A stretch of 64,000 nt of DNA. Origin: Macrostomum lignano (lineage: Eukaryota). Position 1 is the first letter of the stretch, and each line of letters starts with the position of its first letter. The notes beneath the pieces were generated by a model. It worked only from the letters and a program-made list of their open reading frames with translations. It had not been told where the DNA came from and ran no database searches. The position numbers and the translations under genes are program-made. The stretch lies in contig NIVC01002221.1 in NCBI GenBank assembly GCA_002269645.1, positions 127,471-191,470 of the forward strand. The letters run 5' to 3'. Of this stretch, positions 1 to 31,388 are shown piece by piece.

Positions 1-129
1 ATTAATATATCAAATTACGGTTGTAATTCGCCTTTTAACTACTTATTACAGTAGTAGAAAGGTCAGCGCATTCAAACTCTAAAATTTTAGTTGTTAGTTG
101 AAAATTTTTCCTGTCCCTCCAGCGTCGAC

Positions 130-1190
<1,061 letters not shown>

Positions 1191-1868
1191 TCAATTTGTT
1201 TTATTCAGCTAATTCCAGTTGTCAAAACAAAGAAGTCTACCAAAAGCACATTTTATAATCTTAGGTTGACTATATTGTATATAATGACTATCTATACTAT
1301 AGATAAAAAGATATTCTATAGTAAATGAAAAATTGTACACTACACTGAAAACTAGATTTATACTTCACCTTGTATCATGTAGCTCAGCAACTTAAATTTT
1401 TTTGGGATGCTGTTTTTTCTAACTGAATATAACTACTATGAATCTTGGGATTTGAATCAGGAACAAAATACTAAATAAAGATCATTTGAATGGTTAACAA
1501 ACATAAAAAATTACTCCATGAATTAAGAAAGAATCACTGAAATAAAAAACTTTATAAATGATTCTAACAGACTTATAAGGAGCAAAAAAATTAACTGATA
1601 CCAAATCCACTTAATGCTTTCCTAAAATTAAAAAACCAGCATAGAGTAATATTCTTCATGCCACTTACAAGCTAGTTACTTTGTTTTCTTGATATTATAA
1701 AATTCACTTCATTGATTTTACTTAGTCTAAATTGATTTAAAATAGGAGACAGTACAATTTATAGCACCTTTATTGATCTGAAATTATAAACTTTAATTCA
1801 TAGAAAAATATCTTATGCATAAAAGCAATGACTTTAAAAATCAATATATTATAAGTATTTATAATTCT

Positions 1869-2414
1869 TTGGCTATCCTGCAGAATCATTAATTAAATTC
1901 AATGTACATACTATTTAGCTATTGACATAAAACTTTCCAAAATGAATATTTTCATTATGCCAACTTTTTTGATCTGTTATGGCATTAAAATTCCATTTTA
2001 GGAGGTTGCAACTTAACTTTTATTGAAATTTCCAGGTTTTCCAAATTTTAACAACTATTAACAATTATGCAATTTTGAATTTATGCACTTATGTCACTAT
2101 GGCAAAAATGTGCCTATGGCCAAAATTAGTCACAAACTCTGTGGCTTTGAGGAGAAGAGTTTGGGGTTAGAAATATTTGCTGCTAAGCTGCAAATATTGC
2201 AAAAAAGTGCTTTTCACTTAAAAATGGCTAGTGGATGACCTTCTGCCCCAACATGGATTATGCCACCTCAAGAGGTTCACCTAGCCTTTGGACTAGTGCC
2301 AAAACACTTGAAAATGTTGGAATAATTAAAATATTCATTTTTGGAAAGTTTTATGTCAATAGCTCAAAAATGTATGTATAGTGAGTTTAATAGAAGATTT
2401 TGCAGGATAGCCAA
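1869..2414. mobile_element. Degenerate MITE-like element with ~85-bp inverted arms
   Basis: TTGGCTATCCTGCA...GCTATTGACATAAAACTTTCCAAAATGAATATTTT (1869-1952) is the diverged reverse complement of 2328-2414. Confidence 0.6.
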
Positions 2415-4197
2415 TTCTTAAAAAATGCTTGAATATACATAGTAAAAACTAACATGATTAATAAATCAAATGATAATATAATAATGCATTATATCTATAC
2501 TATCAAAGTTTAGTTTCTTATCTGATTCTGATTGCTTCTATTCTACCCTTGAAAGCATTTTGAATTAGACTTAAACCTTATATTAGCTATTGCACCTGAC
2601 CTAGATATACATGAGCCATTTTTTAAGTAAATCATTTACAGTTTTGCATTAATTGTAATTTGTAAATTTGTATACTGTCATTGAATTAATACTAAAAGCA
2701 AGTACAAGCTGAATGAAAGAGTTTTTAAAGATAAATACAAGTACAGCATACTATATACATACAATAACAATAGTTTGTAAATATCATAAAGGCTGTATGA
2801 TAATCTTATCATAATCATCATGATCATGTAAAATTCACAGTTAAGTCATAGTTAGCTAGGCCCGCTACTTCAAATTTTATAAACCAATACTGGCAATAGT
2901 ATAAACAATTAAATTTAAAAACAATTTTCGTTCTGATGCAAATACTACACTACGTAATTGGTCGTAAATACAATAACGTACTGTACTACTAGCAGTGGCG
3001 TAAATAAGGTGAACAAGGACACATATATCCAACAAATAGGCAAAAATTTTATTTTTTATTTTACTGTTTCTACCATATACTCCTTACTTCAGACATGTTA
3101 GTTTTTAGGGTATCATATTTATAATTTTTGGAGAAAATTATGCACTACCTAATAGGTTACGCCCGCGTGTCCTAGTTTATCTTGCCTATTTTTTCAATTA
3201 CTTAAGTACAGAGACTGGTGGACAATCAATGAGCAATAATTACAACTAGGTTAAGTAAGCAGACCTCGTCAATACGAACTGCGATTTAAAAGCTACGGTA
3301 AGCAAAAAAATAATATATATTAATTCCAATTATGGAGCGTACAAGTGCTACATTACATGGTGTGATTAGACTTGGCTATTACGGTAAGAAGACACAAAGT
3401 ACAATTACGCACCTATAGATTACTTCATACAAGTACACACTAGTACCTAGTGTACAAGACAAACGAATATATTTCAAAGTCAGTTTAATCTTATGAAAAA
3501 AGAAACAAAAATTTCAAGTTTGTTGTTTCAGTAATTTGCTGGTTAAGTGAGATTACTCATTACAGCTAAAATAAGTTAGTAAAATAGTGGCCAAAATAAT
3601 AAAAATTGAAATTCAACACTTAGCCAGATAAATGCATTACGCCATCGAATATTGAACTGCCTATAAAAATAGTTAATTCGCAAGTGGAAAGCTAAATAAT
3701 TGAATGAATTTCAATAGTTAAAACAATTCGGTAGAGTATATAATCTAATTCTGAGCAGCTGTTGGCGAGACGAGAGCGGAAAAGAATGGGAACAGGTGCG
3801 AAAAAAAGTTGAAACACAAAACCAGAATGAGAATTGCTAGTAAAGTTATATTTTGGAGGGAAGTTTAAATTAATAACATTAATATTATTACTATTAATAA
3901 TAGTAGGAATATAAAAATAGTAGAATATAGGAATATAGAACTCAGCTTGGCCAAAGAGAAAAAAGGCAAAAAACATACCTTTGCATCGAAAAAACTTGGA
4001 CGGGTCCTTTTTTAGCACGAAGCCACAAAAATAATACACCTGCCTTACTTATACTACTGCTATAGTAATACAGAAGTGATGCTTACTATACTAAAGAACC
4101 GAGAGCCCGCTCGTTCAATTATTTTACTCTACACAAGATTTGCAATTTATCAGTCATGAGCTACTATTACTACTTAAAACAGTTTGTTTTGATAATA

Positions 4198-21535
<17,338 letters not shown>

Positions 21536-21740
21536 GGCAAACTAATTTAAATGCCTTAATCAGAGAAGCATGAGCTGAAATGCCAGAGCAAAATAATAAT
21601 TATTTAATGAGCGCGCGACTGCTTCTTGCTTATTAAAAAGTCAATAGAAAAAACATGGAAAATGGCTTAGATCTATTATGCATTCCTTTTTCCTTCGTCC
21701 GACAGTCAGTCTGTACATTTACTCGCCTCTCAGTTCATTA

Positions 21741-22835
21741 CCCGATGAAAACGGTACCTAAGCCAAGAAGCGTCCCAGAGTCACAGGTAACACAGGTAAA
21801 AATATGAAAGAAGTGACTCCAGACGACTCGAAATTGACGAGATGTAACGGTACAAGTCAACAAAAAGTTGTCAAAGAGTCGCCTAAGAGTCACTTTAAAG
21901 CGTTTAATTGTCTGCGACTCTGAAACGACTCTGGCGCAACGCAAGTGACTCTGGCGCGACGCAAGTGACTCTGGCTCGACGCAAGTGACTCTGGCGCGAT
22001 GCAAGTGACTCTGGCGCGATGCAAGTGACTCTGGCGCGACGCAAGTGACTCTGGCGCGACGCAAGTTACTCTGGCGCGACGCAAGTGACTCTGGCGCAAC
22101 GCAAGTGGCTCTGGCGCGACGCAAGTGGCTCTGGCGCGACGCAAGTGACTCTGGCGCGACGCAAGACTCTGGCGCGACGCAAGTGACTCTGGCGCGACGC
22201 AAGACTCTGGCGCGACGCAAGTGACTCTGGCGCGACTCTAATGACTCTGGCGCGACGCAAGTGACTCTGGCTCGACTCTAATGACTCTGGCGCGACGCAA
22301 GTGACTCTGGCGCGACTCTAATGACTCTGGCACAACGCAAGTGACTCTGGCGCGACTCTAATGACTCTGGCACAACGCAAGTGACTCTGGCGCGATGCAA
22401 GTGACTCTGGCGCGATGCAAGTGACTCTGGCGCGATGCAAGTGTCTCTGGCGCGACGGTACATTGACTCTGGCGCGACGGTACATTGACTCTGGCGCGAC
22501 GGTACATTGACTCTGGAGCGGAAGAGTCCTATTTGAGGCCTGCCAGAGTCGCTGTAGAGTCACGGAGTTGAGTTTGAATCGTATTTGCATCGCTAGTTGA
22601 ATTAGTCGCATCTCAGGCGAAAGTTAAGCGCCAACACAACGATTCTTCAACGATTTTTTTACGATTCTACAACTCACGTGACGCGCTTGTGACGCAACAG
22701 TCGCGCCTCTCCGTCACATTTGACGCGTTTAAGTCGTTAAAAAGTCACAAGAGCTACCCCAGAGTCTCTAGATTCACTAGTGAGTTGTTTGCAACGACTT
22801 TTTGGCGATTCTTGTTAGGGTAGCGTTTTCAACGG
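21741..22835. mobile_element. TA-flanked TIR element carrying a 20-bp tandem array
   Basis: TA|CCCGATGAAAACGGTACCTAAGCCAAGAA ... TTCTTGTTAGGGTAGCGTTTTCAACGG|TA (imperfect ~30-bp inverted ends); internal array GCAAGTGACTCTGGCGCGAC at 21915-22515. Confidence 0.55.
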
Positions 22836-24751
22836 TATAATATCATACAATTATAGTATTCTATATCTAAAGTTTTTATTTAGTACACAAAATCTGGTCT
22901 AGTAGATAAACAGTAAAGAAAAAATAGTCGGACTGTTAGTGAGTGACCAACAATGGAAGAGAAAAATAGCTACAATAATAGTCGGGTGGAATTCTGAGTA
23001 CACGTACACAACTGCATCATGGGTGTGCCCAGACAGTGACTGAAAACTCCGTTTTTAATGCGCCGTGGGTTATGCCGAACTTAATGAGTGCTTGTGCACA
23101 AAAATGTTCAACAAATAGAAAGGAATAAATATAGACTGCTTAAGTTTACCTATACATGTTTTAGATATTTTTTCACCTTAAACTATTGCCTTGACAACAA
23201 CTACAGCATTTGTGTTAATCATTTCTAGACTTTAACTTATTAGATGGCAAAAATATTTAAAACACTGAAAGACACTATACTATTTTCTTCAATTTTGGCA
23301 CTTCACAGGTCATAGGTCTGACAAAATAATGAAATAAATAATCGATAAAAGCTACAAAAACATTAATGGAGTAAACATGGTGATAACAGGGCCAATAAGA
23401 AAAAAAGCGAAAATTAAAACTCTCAATCTGACTTATTTTAACAAATCATGAAAACGTAGCTATGCCTAATCAACGAGTAAACAAAAGAAAAATAAATCAA
23501 TCTCCATGACAACCTTACCTCGGCAATAATAAAGTTCCTTGCGCAAAAAAGAATTAAAGCAAATTATCTTACTTAAAAAGCTTAACAGAGTAATTATTGT
23601 GTTTCAAACACAGTTGGACTGACCGAGCGCGCCTTATTATAATTGTAAATAAGGTGAAATAAGACGAAAGCGAGAAAGAATGGAACGTCTAAACAGCTCT
23701 TGCATGTTGGTCCCTGGCTTGTTTTTTAGCCATTTTTTCTTTGCGTCGCGCCTCTCCGTCCTCTCAATCGCCCTATTTTGCTTTTCAATTGGAGGCTGAC
23801 TTGGTGCGGCGGAGTTGGGGTGCGTCGGTGTCTGCATCTGTCTAACCCCTTCTGCTGCGCACAATCCGTTCCTTCGCACGCACGCAGGCACTGCAGGCAG
23901 GCAGCCGCGCGACCAAAGCAAACTAATACAGAGCAGCAGCGGAGAGGGAGAGAGACAGAAAAAAATGAATAAACAAGCCAGTCCGAAACGGCACGATGCG
24001 AGGCAGTTCCGACACAACACTGACAGAGGGAGGGAGAGAGGCAGAGAATGAATGCAGGAGATGGTAGCTGAGGAGAAACAAGCACAGCAGACAGAGATAG
24101 AGCACTAAGACTAAGCCAAGTCCGCTTCCCAAGCCTCATTATAGGCTAACTGACTCATCAGAAGAGCTTGTTTTTGAAAGTTACCAAGGGTGTGGCTGCC
24201 TATTGACAGCGCATGCAGAGACGCCCAACCAAGAGAAGCGAGAGGGTGCCTGCTGCAGTACACCCTGAGCAGTGAGGCAAATGGGAAGAGGGAACCAAAG
24301 TAGGTACTCACTCAGCCAATATTCTCTCGCCCCCACACCATGAACTGCACGGATTGTACACATGGGGTTAGAAGGGCGAGGAAATTTTTATCCTGTCGCA
24401 AGACTCAACATCTCCCCAAAATTATTCTCCTCATCTTGCCTCTGCTTAATTGTCTGCCTTTGCTGTCGACTTTGGTTGCCATTAGCAACCGTTTGCCTAT
24501 CGTGTTGACGCAGGATTTTGAATGTGATAGAGAGAGGAAGCGTGGAATGGGAGGGTATATCAACCTCAGCCCCAACTCTTCCCAATTTCTGTCTACGTAC
24601 GCTAGACAGTCTTTTCTACAAATCGCCCGTAAGTCTGGCTGAGACTAGTTTGTCACAGAGAAAGATTAGCCCAGGAAAAGTCAATGCTAAACCACCTGTT
24701 AACTTTGTTTGCTAAGATTCAATCCGAGAAATCAGAAAGCGAATTTTGATC

Positions 24752-27278
24752 ATGAAACAGCTTTGGCGGCTGCTTCCTGTGAAGCTAGTGGTCCTTTCGT
24801 GCTTCTTTATTACTAGCGGTGAGTAACTGCAGTACACAATGTCATTTTCTCACTATTTGAGTTAAAAATTGAAAAAAAACTCTAAGCAATACTAACATCT
24901 ACACGAAATCCACAGCTAATTCTCAAAGGCCAGTCAGTGTCCGCCTAGTTGGCGGCTCGAAACCCAACCTCGGAGTTGTTGAAGTGACAATGTCAACGGG
25001 AGCAGTAGGTAGAATCTGCAATCTCGGCTTCGATAACAATGGTGCGTCTGTGGTATGCGCTATGCTCGGATACAGAGGAGTCACTGGACTCAAAGTGGAT
25101 CTTCCACCGTATACCGTTGGCAACACGAACACGGTCATGGCGATTAGTGGCTGTCCAGACTTTTTAGTAAGTTTAAATCACATTGACACAAGTAGCGGCA
25201 TTAAGCCACCTGTTATGGCATACCATTATAGCATACTATTAAGCCATTATGTTATGGCACATTAAGCCAAACAAAAGTGGAACCCGAATAACAAGATATA
25301 GCAAAAACTGGTTTTATTGTTGATGCAAACGCAACCGATTACAGGAAGCATCAACTAGCACCTGGAATTTGGAAACGGCCTGTCGCTATGTTGTATCTTC
25401 ATTTCCTCCCGATTGTGCAGGAAACGGTAGAGATGCGGCTGTTATTTGCACAGGAACCCAAACAACCAGCACGCCTGGTCCAACTTTGCCGCCCGACTTT
25501 GCCACAATTGCTCCGATCGATTGCAACAATACTATCACTAGTCTTAGGCTCGATCCTGGACCAGAGGAAGGCCTCGTGCTCATTCAGAACGGCAGCTTGG
25601 GCGGAGATAATTTCGGTACTATTTGCGCAGCTGGATTTAGTGCCATCGAGGCGGCCACCATCTGCCGTATGCTCTGCCGCAATGAGTAAGTTAACTCTTT
25701 GTTTAGTAAGTTAGGCTTTGCAAAACCAAGCCGCAACAACATAGTGAAACTTTCCAATTTTCAGAACAGCAAATGCCATAGGCATGTCTGGCAAATACCT
25801 AACCACAGCGGCCAGCTATCCTGTGATGCTATCCGGACTAAAATGCCCCGCTGGCGCTACCAGCACCAACGATTGCAAGCACAACGGCTGGGGCGCAGCG
25901 CCTAGCTACTGTACTCCAAACACAGCAGTTAGCGTTCGGTGCAGCCAGATCTCATTAACACCACCGCCAATACCCGCACCGTTTGTTGTGTGCCACCTAT
26001 ACGTTGCGAATGTATTCTTCACATACACTGACGTCGCCTCCGCCAGCCTGCTGAGCCTGTACGGAACGTACAATGAAACTACGTGCAATTTTACAAAAAA
26101 TGAAAACTCTACAACAGTGTGGGCAACTGTGCCCTATATTGGCTGCAATAGCGTTCAGACGACTAATGCTACGCATGTTATATACACCTCAATGCTCTAT
26201 AGGAATGTTACCGCTGTTAGTGGAGTCTATGTGGATGTGCCCTATATTATACCAGTGGAGTGCGCGATACCAAAGCTCAAGGAAGTGACAGCAGCATTGC
26301 TACCGGACGCTAGGACGGCCCCACCAATAACGGGAGGCGATAGTTACACATCAGAGGTAGGCATGCGACGTTGATTGCAGAACTAAATTCAGTTCAAGGA
26401 TTACTTGCTAATTCGTCAAGTCAAAAATCTTCCAATTTGCGAAATTGGAAAGAACTGTAGCTTATCCGGTCTAGTAATATGAAAATTCACAATAAGAATG
26501 AAATTGCGCATTTAAGCAGAAACTGTAAGCGTTGAGTCGCAAACCATGCTTCGAAAATTGGGACCTGTAAGTAGGTCGGTGATAAGGAATCAGCCAGATT
26601 AGTCAAGATTTGTTCACAAGGTTATTTGACAGTAAGCCACGTCTAGCTAAGAAATTTTCAATCATTCTTTACTCCAAATTAATAAAGGTCAAGCTCTACA
26701 GATCGTACAATGCCAGAGGCTTCTCAAGCGAAATCGCACCCGGCGATCGGCTAGTAGTTGGCTCGAGAATCTACGCCAGGGTACGCGAGACCAGCCCATT
26801 AAACGTGCGCCTGACCGTGCGCAACTGCTGGGCCAGCGACAAGTCGGACGGCACTGGGGCAAGCTACTACGTAGTGAGGAACAAGTGTGCCACAGACGCC
26901 AACAGCGTGTTCCGAGTTGACGAAAAGAATATAGGCATCAATTTTGCCGTCATGTCATTCACCCAAACTGTCAGCACGCAGGCCTACATATTCTGCGATG
27001 TTACAATATGTACACCAACGGATCCAGACGAACGCTGCTTGCAGACCTGCGGCACTGCAGTTAGGCGCCGACGAAAGCGTCAATTGTCGACTGAGAATGA
27101 AAAAGAAAGCTCTCAGCAGCCGTCGCGAGGCCCTTACATTCTGACAGCAATGACAGCGATGGATGTAGAAGCTTCGAGGGCTGCTTCCATCGCGGATGCC
27201 ACCCTGCTGTGGCTAATGACGACAGCGCTGGTTGCTGCTGTAGCATGGAACACTTTCTCCAGCGTATTTATCCATTAG
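24752..27278 (+). CDS. Secreted, probably GPI-anchored 2xSRCR + ZP-domain protein (DMBT1/uromodulin-like architecture); exons 24752-24818, 24916-25166, 25345-25685, 25765-26356, 26688-27278
   Basis: Signal peptide MKQLWRLLPVKLVVLSCFFITS; SRCR1 VRLVGG..GVVEV..ICNLGFDNNGASVVCAMLGY; SRCR2 LRL..EGLV..FGTIC..F...AATICRML..LSGLKC..C..W...C..AVSVRC; ZP-N and ZP-C cysteine pattern (NCWA, NKC, YIFCDVTIC..C..C); furin site RRRRKR; hydrophobic C-terminal tail. All splice phases are consistent. Confidence 0.88.
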
Positions 27279-28412
27279 AAACTCGATTTCTTACTGGACA
27301 AATAATAAGGCTCGAGTGTTGATAAGAAGCAGCACATGAAATGTCTTATGTAACAGTCAAGAACAACAGTAATTTCAAGTTGAAAAGTTTTTTTCTTGTA
27401 GACAATTTTAATGTATCCCAATACAACCTAGACCACTTTTATATAAACTCTTTTGTACTGATTTTCTGAAGACTACTATCTGCAAATAATTTTTGTGTAT
27501 TAGCCAGATCAACAATTCTCAATTCTCATTAAAGTATTTATGCTTTCTAAAACTTAAATAATAAAAATGCTTTCTAAATAAATACATGTGTATGAAGTAA
27601 AACAATTTAATAAGTTTCCTTAACTGACTAATGCCAGTTAGTCAAAATAGCAGAACAAAAATAATTAAAAAGCTATAGGTTAAAATAGCAATTAATTGTT
27701 TTGAACGATTTTTCTATGCAATATCTGTGTCCTTTATAAATAGTATATAAGCACTCAATAAGAAGTTTTGCAATATGATTATTATAGTCAATGGTAGTAG
27801 CAAATATGTAGTTTAAGTATAAACCAAGAGTATTAGATTCTACAAATCAATGCTTCTTTTACTAGATTTGATTACACTGTATTTATAAACAGGATGATGT
27901 AATATAGAACATCTACCTATCCTATCTCTATGTTTATTTCTCAGCTAGCAAATAAACAGTTTTAAAAGAAAAAACTGCATATTTACTCAATAGATAAACT
28001 ATCAATAGACAAAGGGATTATTACAAATTAATAGTTATCCATGAAAATTCACATACTAGGAAAGACAAGCTGCAAAATCTTAGCTTGGTGGCAATTGGCA
28101 GCATGATAAATTAATATTGTATTGCATTATTCTAAAGACTTGCTGCCATTCTAATAGGCAGAATATTAGAAATATTTTAAGTAGAAAAAAGAACATGTCA
28201 ATCTCTATTGTATATCTTAGGTATACCTAAGCATATTGCTTTTATATTTCTTAAGGCCTCCCTATTACTAGAGTCAAGATCATACTATTTATAAACCAAA
28301 AGCTATATTTTTATGCATGGCATATTATGCAAATACACAAATATACCAGTCTTTATTCTATCAGAATATTCTATTCTATATAGACTATCATAGATACAAA
28401 ATATATGATGCA

Positions 28413-28690
28413 ACATACATGCGCAACTGCTGGCTGACCTGGCTGATCTGGCCACCATAAATTATGGTGGACCAGGGGTAAGTCGCAAAAATGCCACCAC
28501 AAAGAATACAGACATAGTACTAATTAGATGCCGAGGCATTTAGGCCTGATAAGACAGTTATGGTTACTCCTGCTGTTTACCCAAAATGCGTTAATTTTGC
28601 TTTAGGGTTTCTTTCACAGGTAAGTTGCATTTTTGGTCAAAAAAGTAAGTCGCATGGCCAGTGTAAATCAGGGGGGTTGCGCATGTATGT
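28413..28690. mobile_element. Short MITE-like element with 15-bp inverted ends
   Basis: ACATACATGCGCAAC (28413-28427) versus GTTGCGCATGTATGT (28676-28690), with further internal partial symmetry. Confidence 0.5.
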
Positions 28691-30059
28691 GATGCAACAA
28701 AAGCTTTCACTATATTACACTGACTTAGCAGTATAAATCAAGCACTTAGTCACAAAAAAATTTTAATCAGCCATAACAATCAGCTGGCAATGCTTAACAA
28801 GATTCTTAATTTTTATTCAAAAATTAGTGTCCTAGCTAAAAAATAGGCCATTATAATAGCCTTGTGTTCTTTATTAGAATGGAAAGATTTGTTAGTATAA
28901 AATCAATATAAAAATGTAATAGAATGGAACAGTGTTAAGACTATAAGATAAATGAGATAGAATGCCTTACCTTAGCTTAGCCAATGTCTTACATGTCCTA
29001 TATTCAAGAAGATGGTCATTGCTATAGAAAATTCTAAGAATATACAAGGGCTAAAAATGCACTCAGAGTATAATCATAATATACACAAAGGGTCCCTGAT
29101 ACATTAGACACATAATCAATAATCACATCATAGCTTAAAGATCTCTTGTGTATGCAGCACACAACTTTTTGATGAAACTAACTAAAAACATGTAATTTTT
29201 GTTAGTCTAACTTGCATTTCCAAATGTTAATTTCTATAGACTATATATGTTTATAGACTATATTGGGATATTTCAATGAATATATACTTTTATTATAGGT
29301 AGTTTTTAGCAGGGTTTTTTTAAACAAAATAAAAGTAAATAATACTGATAATTTATTAGTAAAGTATAAAACAAAAAAATTAATATTGACATTGTACAAA
29401 ATTACTAGTTATTCAAAACTAAAAAGTATTAAAATTCTATAAAGTTCTAGGGCAAATAGAATGCGTTTTAAGTACAATATATTTTGCACATTTTTTACAC
29501 TTGGCAATACATTTATTTGTTTTAAATGTCTTTATTTTTAACCTAAACCTAAGCTTTATTAGGCACAGTCTTTAATGAGATAATATTAACCAAAAGATCT
29601 AGTTGACAGTTTTATAAGTTAGGCCTACAACATAGGAATAGCATATAGATAGTACATAGATTATCTTCCAAAAGTTTTATATATACTATGCCAGCTTTCT
29701 AACTATAGCATCAGTTTAAAAATTTATAAGGCCTAGCATTATTTTATAGCAAAAGTAGAAATTTTGTTTATAATCTATTTTTTGGCCAAAATACTAGAAT
29801 TTTTTAAAATAGGAATTGAGAAGCTTATTGGCATTAAATAAATGATTATTAAGATTGATAAAGATTATTTTAGTGATTAAGTAATTATTTTTTTGATTTC
29901 TATTATTGTTAAACAAATATAACTATACATTTTGGAATACAAATAATACATTACTATTATACCTTATATAAAACTAAAGGTTTGTATAAATGTAAATAAA
30001 TTAAACTTTATGTTTTCTTATTTATATGTTATCCATGGTCTGGATCATGCAGGGTGTAT

Positions 30060-31132
30060 GCTCAAACAAAAATTGAAAGGTTACAAATACATGCCAAAAA
30101 ACTTTAAGTGCACACCTATACTCTTAAATCTATGCCAATATTACAATAATAATAAATTACCTTTTTGCATTGCCTAAAGGACCCTTTTTGGCTGATTTTA
30201 TATTTTTATTAGTCAAGATTTCTTTTTGCCTTTACTATTTAATATTTATAGTGAAAACTGATACATATAAACATTTGTCTAAATGGTATATTACAACCTT
30301 AAAAACTAGAAAGCTTTAAATTTATGCTTAAAAATCAACTTTTTTAAATCTTTTTTTCTACTCAACACTAACTCTTCTGTGTGATTCTATGCTTTGCATG
30401 CCAGGAATGCATGCACACTATTTTCTTAAGAGTCTTACATGCCAGCTGTATACATCTAACTTTTGGCATGCAAGGCCAATACACACCAAATATTTTTGGA
30501 TATATACTCTACACTATGGATCATGTAATATATGCCTAAAAATTTAGGTGTGCATTGGCCTTGTATGACAGAATAGGCATGCACAATTGGTGTATATCAT
30601 TCTTAAGAAAATAGTATACATGCATACTATACACTACAGATCATGTAGTATACATATAAAAATTTGGGCATGCATTTGCCTTGCATACCAAAAGTAAGTG
30701 TGCACATTTGGCATGCATCACTCCAAAGAAAACAATATGCATGCACATCTGATGTGCACTTTATAAAATCATGCTAAAGAGTTAATGTTGGGCCTAATTA
30801 GAAAAAAAGATGAAAAAAGTTCATTTTTAAGTGTAAATTACAAGTTTTTTGGGGTTTTTTAAGCTTGCAATAAGGCATTCTAATAAATCTTTATATATAT
30901 TGATTTTTTACTGTGAATAGTACTGCTAAAAAAGCATAAAAATCAACTAAATTATCTACCAAAAAGGTTTTTTATGCAATACAAAAAGGTCAATTATGGT
31001 CATAATATAAAAAGGTCATTTAATATTTATTTTATTTATTGTCACAACACAGGCATAATTTTGGGAATAGATGTGCACACAATTTTCTTGGCATGCATTT
31101 GTAATTAGGGGGCCTATTCAATTTTTGTTTAG
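30060..31132. mobile_element. Old foldback-like element with ~300-bp degenerate inverted arms
   Basis: Collinear reverse-complement matches: CAAAAATTGAA/TTCAATTTTTG, GTGCACAC, AATTACCTTTTTGCATTGC/GCAATACAAAAAGGTCAATT, TTTTTTTCTA/TAGAAAAAAA, CAACACTAACTC/GAGTTAATGTTG. Confidence 0.5.
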
Positions 31133-31195
31133 GCATATACCTTGGATAATGATCTGTGACATATACTATATGATTTAATATGGTGTGTTATAGGT

Positions 31196-31388
31196 CAGTG
31201 TTTCTCAACCTATGGGTTGCAATCCCTAGTGGGGTTGCGTGACCATTTTCTGGGGGTTGTAGCACTAATAAATGTGAGTATATCATACTTAATGATGCAT
31301 TATTTTGACTATAAAAGGGGTTGGGAACATTGGAAAATGATGCAAATGAATAAATTAGGGTCGCCTAAAAAAAGGTTGAGAAGGCCAG
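31196..31388. mobile_element. Degenerate hAT/Charlie-like MITE
   Basis: CAGTGTTTCTCAACC ... GGTTGAGAA ends, with internal GGGGTTGCG/GGGTCGCC; the right end is decayed. Confidence 0.45.

Noticed and set aside
2994-3170. Possible small hAT MITE (CAGTGGCGTA ... TTACGCC)
   Set aside because: The right end is too decayed and no TSD is visible.
21915-22515. CRISPR-like appearance of the regular 20-55-bp repeats here and elsewhere
   Set aside because: Units are head-to-tail with no unique spacers, there are no cas genes, and the context is eukaryotic.
23637-24715. Hydrophobic ORFs as the RPTP first exon
   Set aside because: A better signal-peptide exon with matching phase lies at 21535-21424; these ORFs reflect GA/CT-rich composition.
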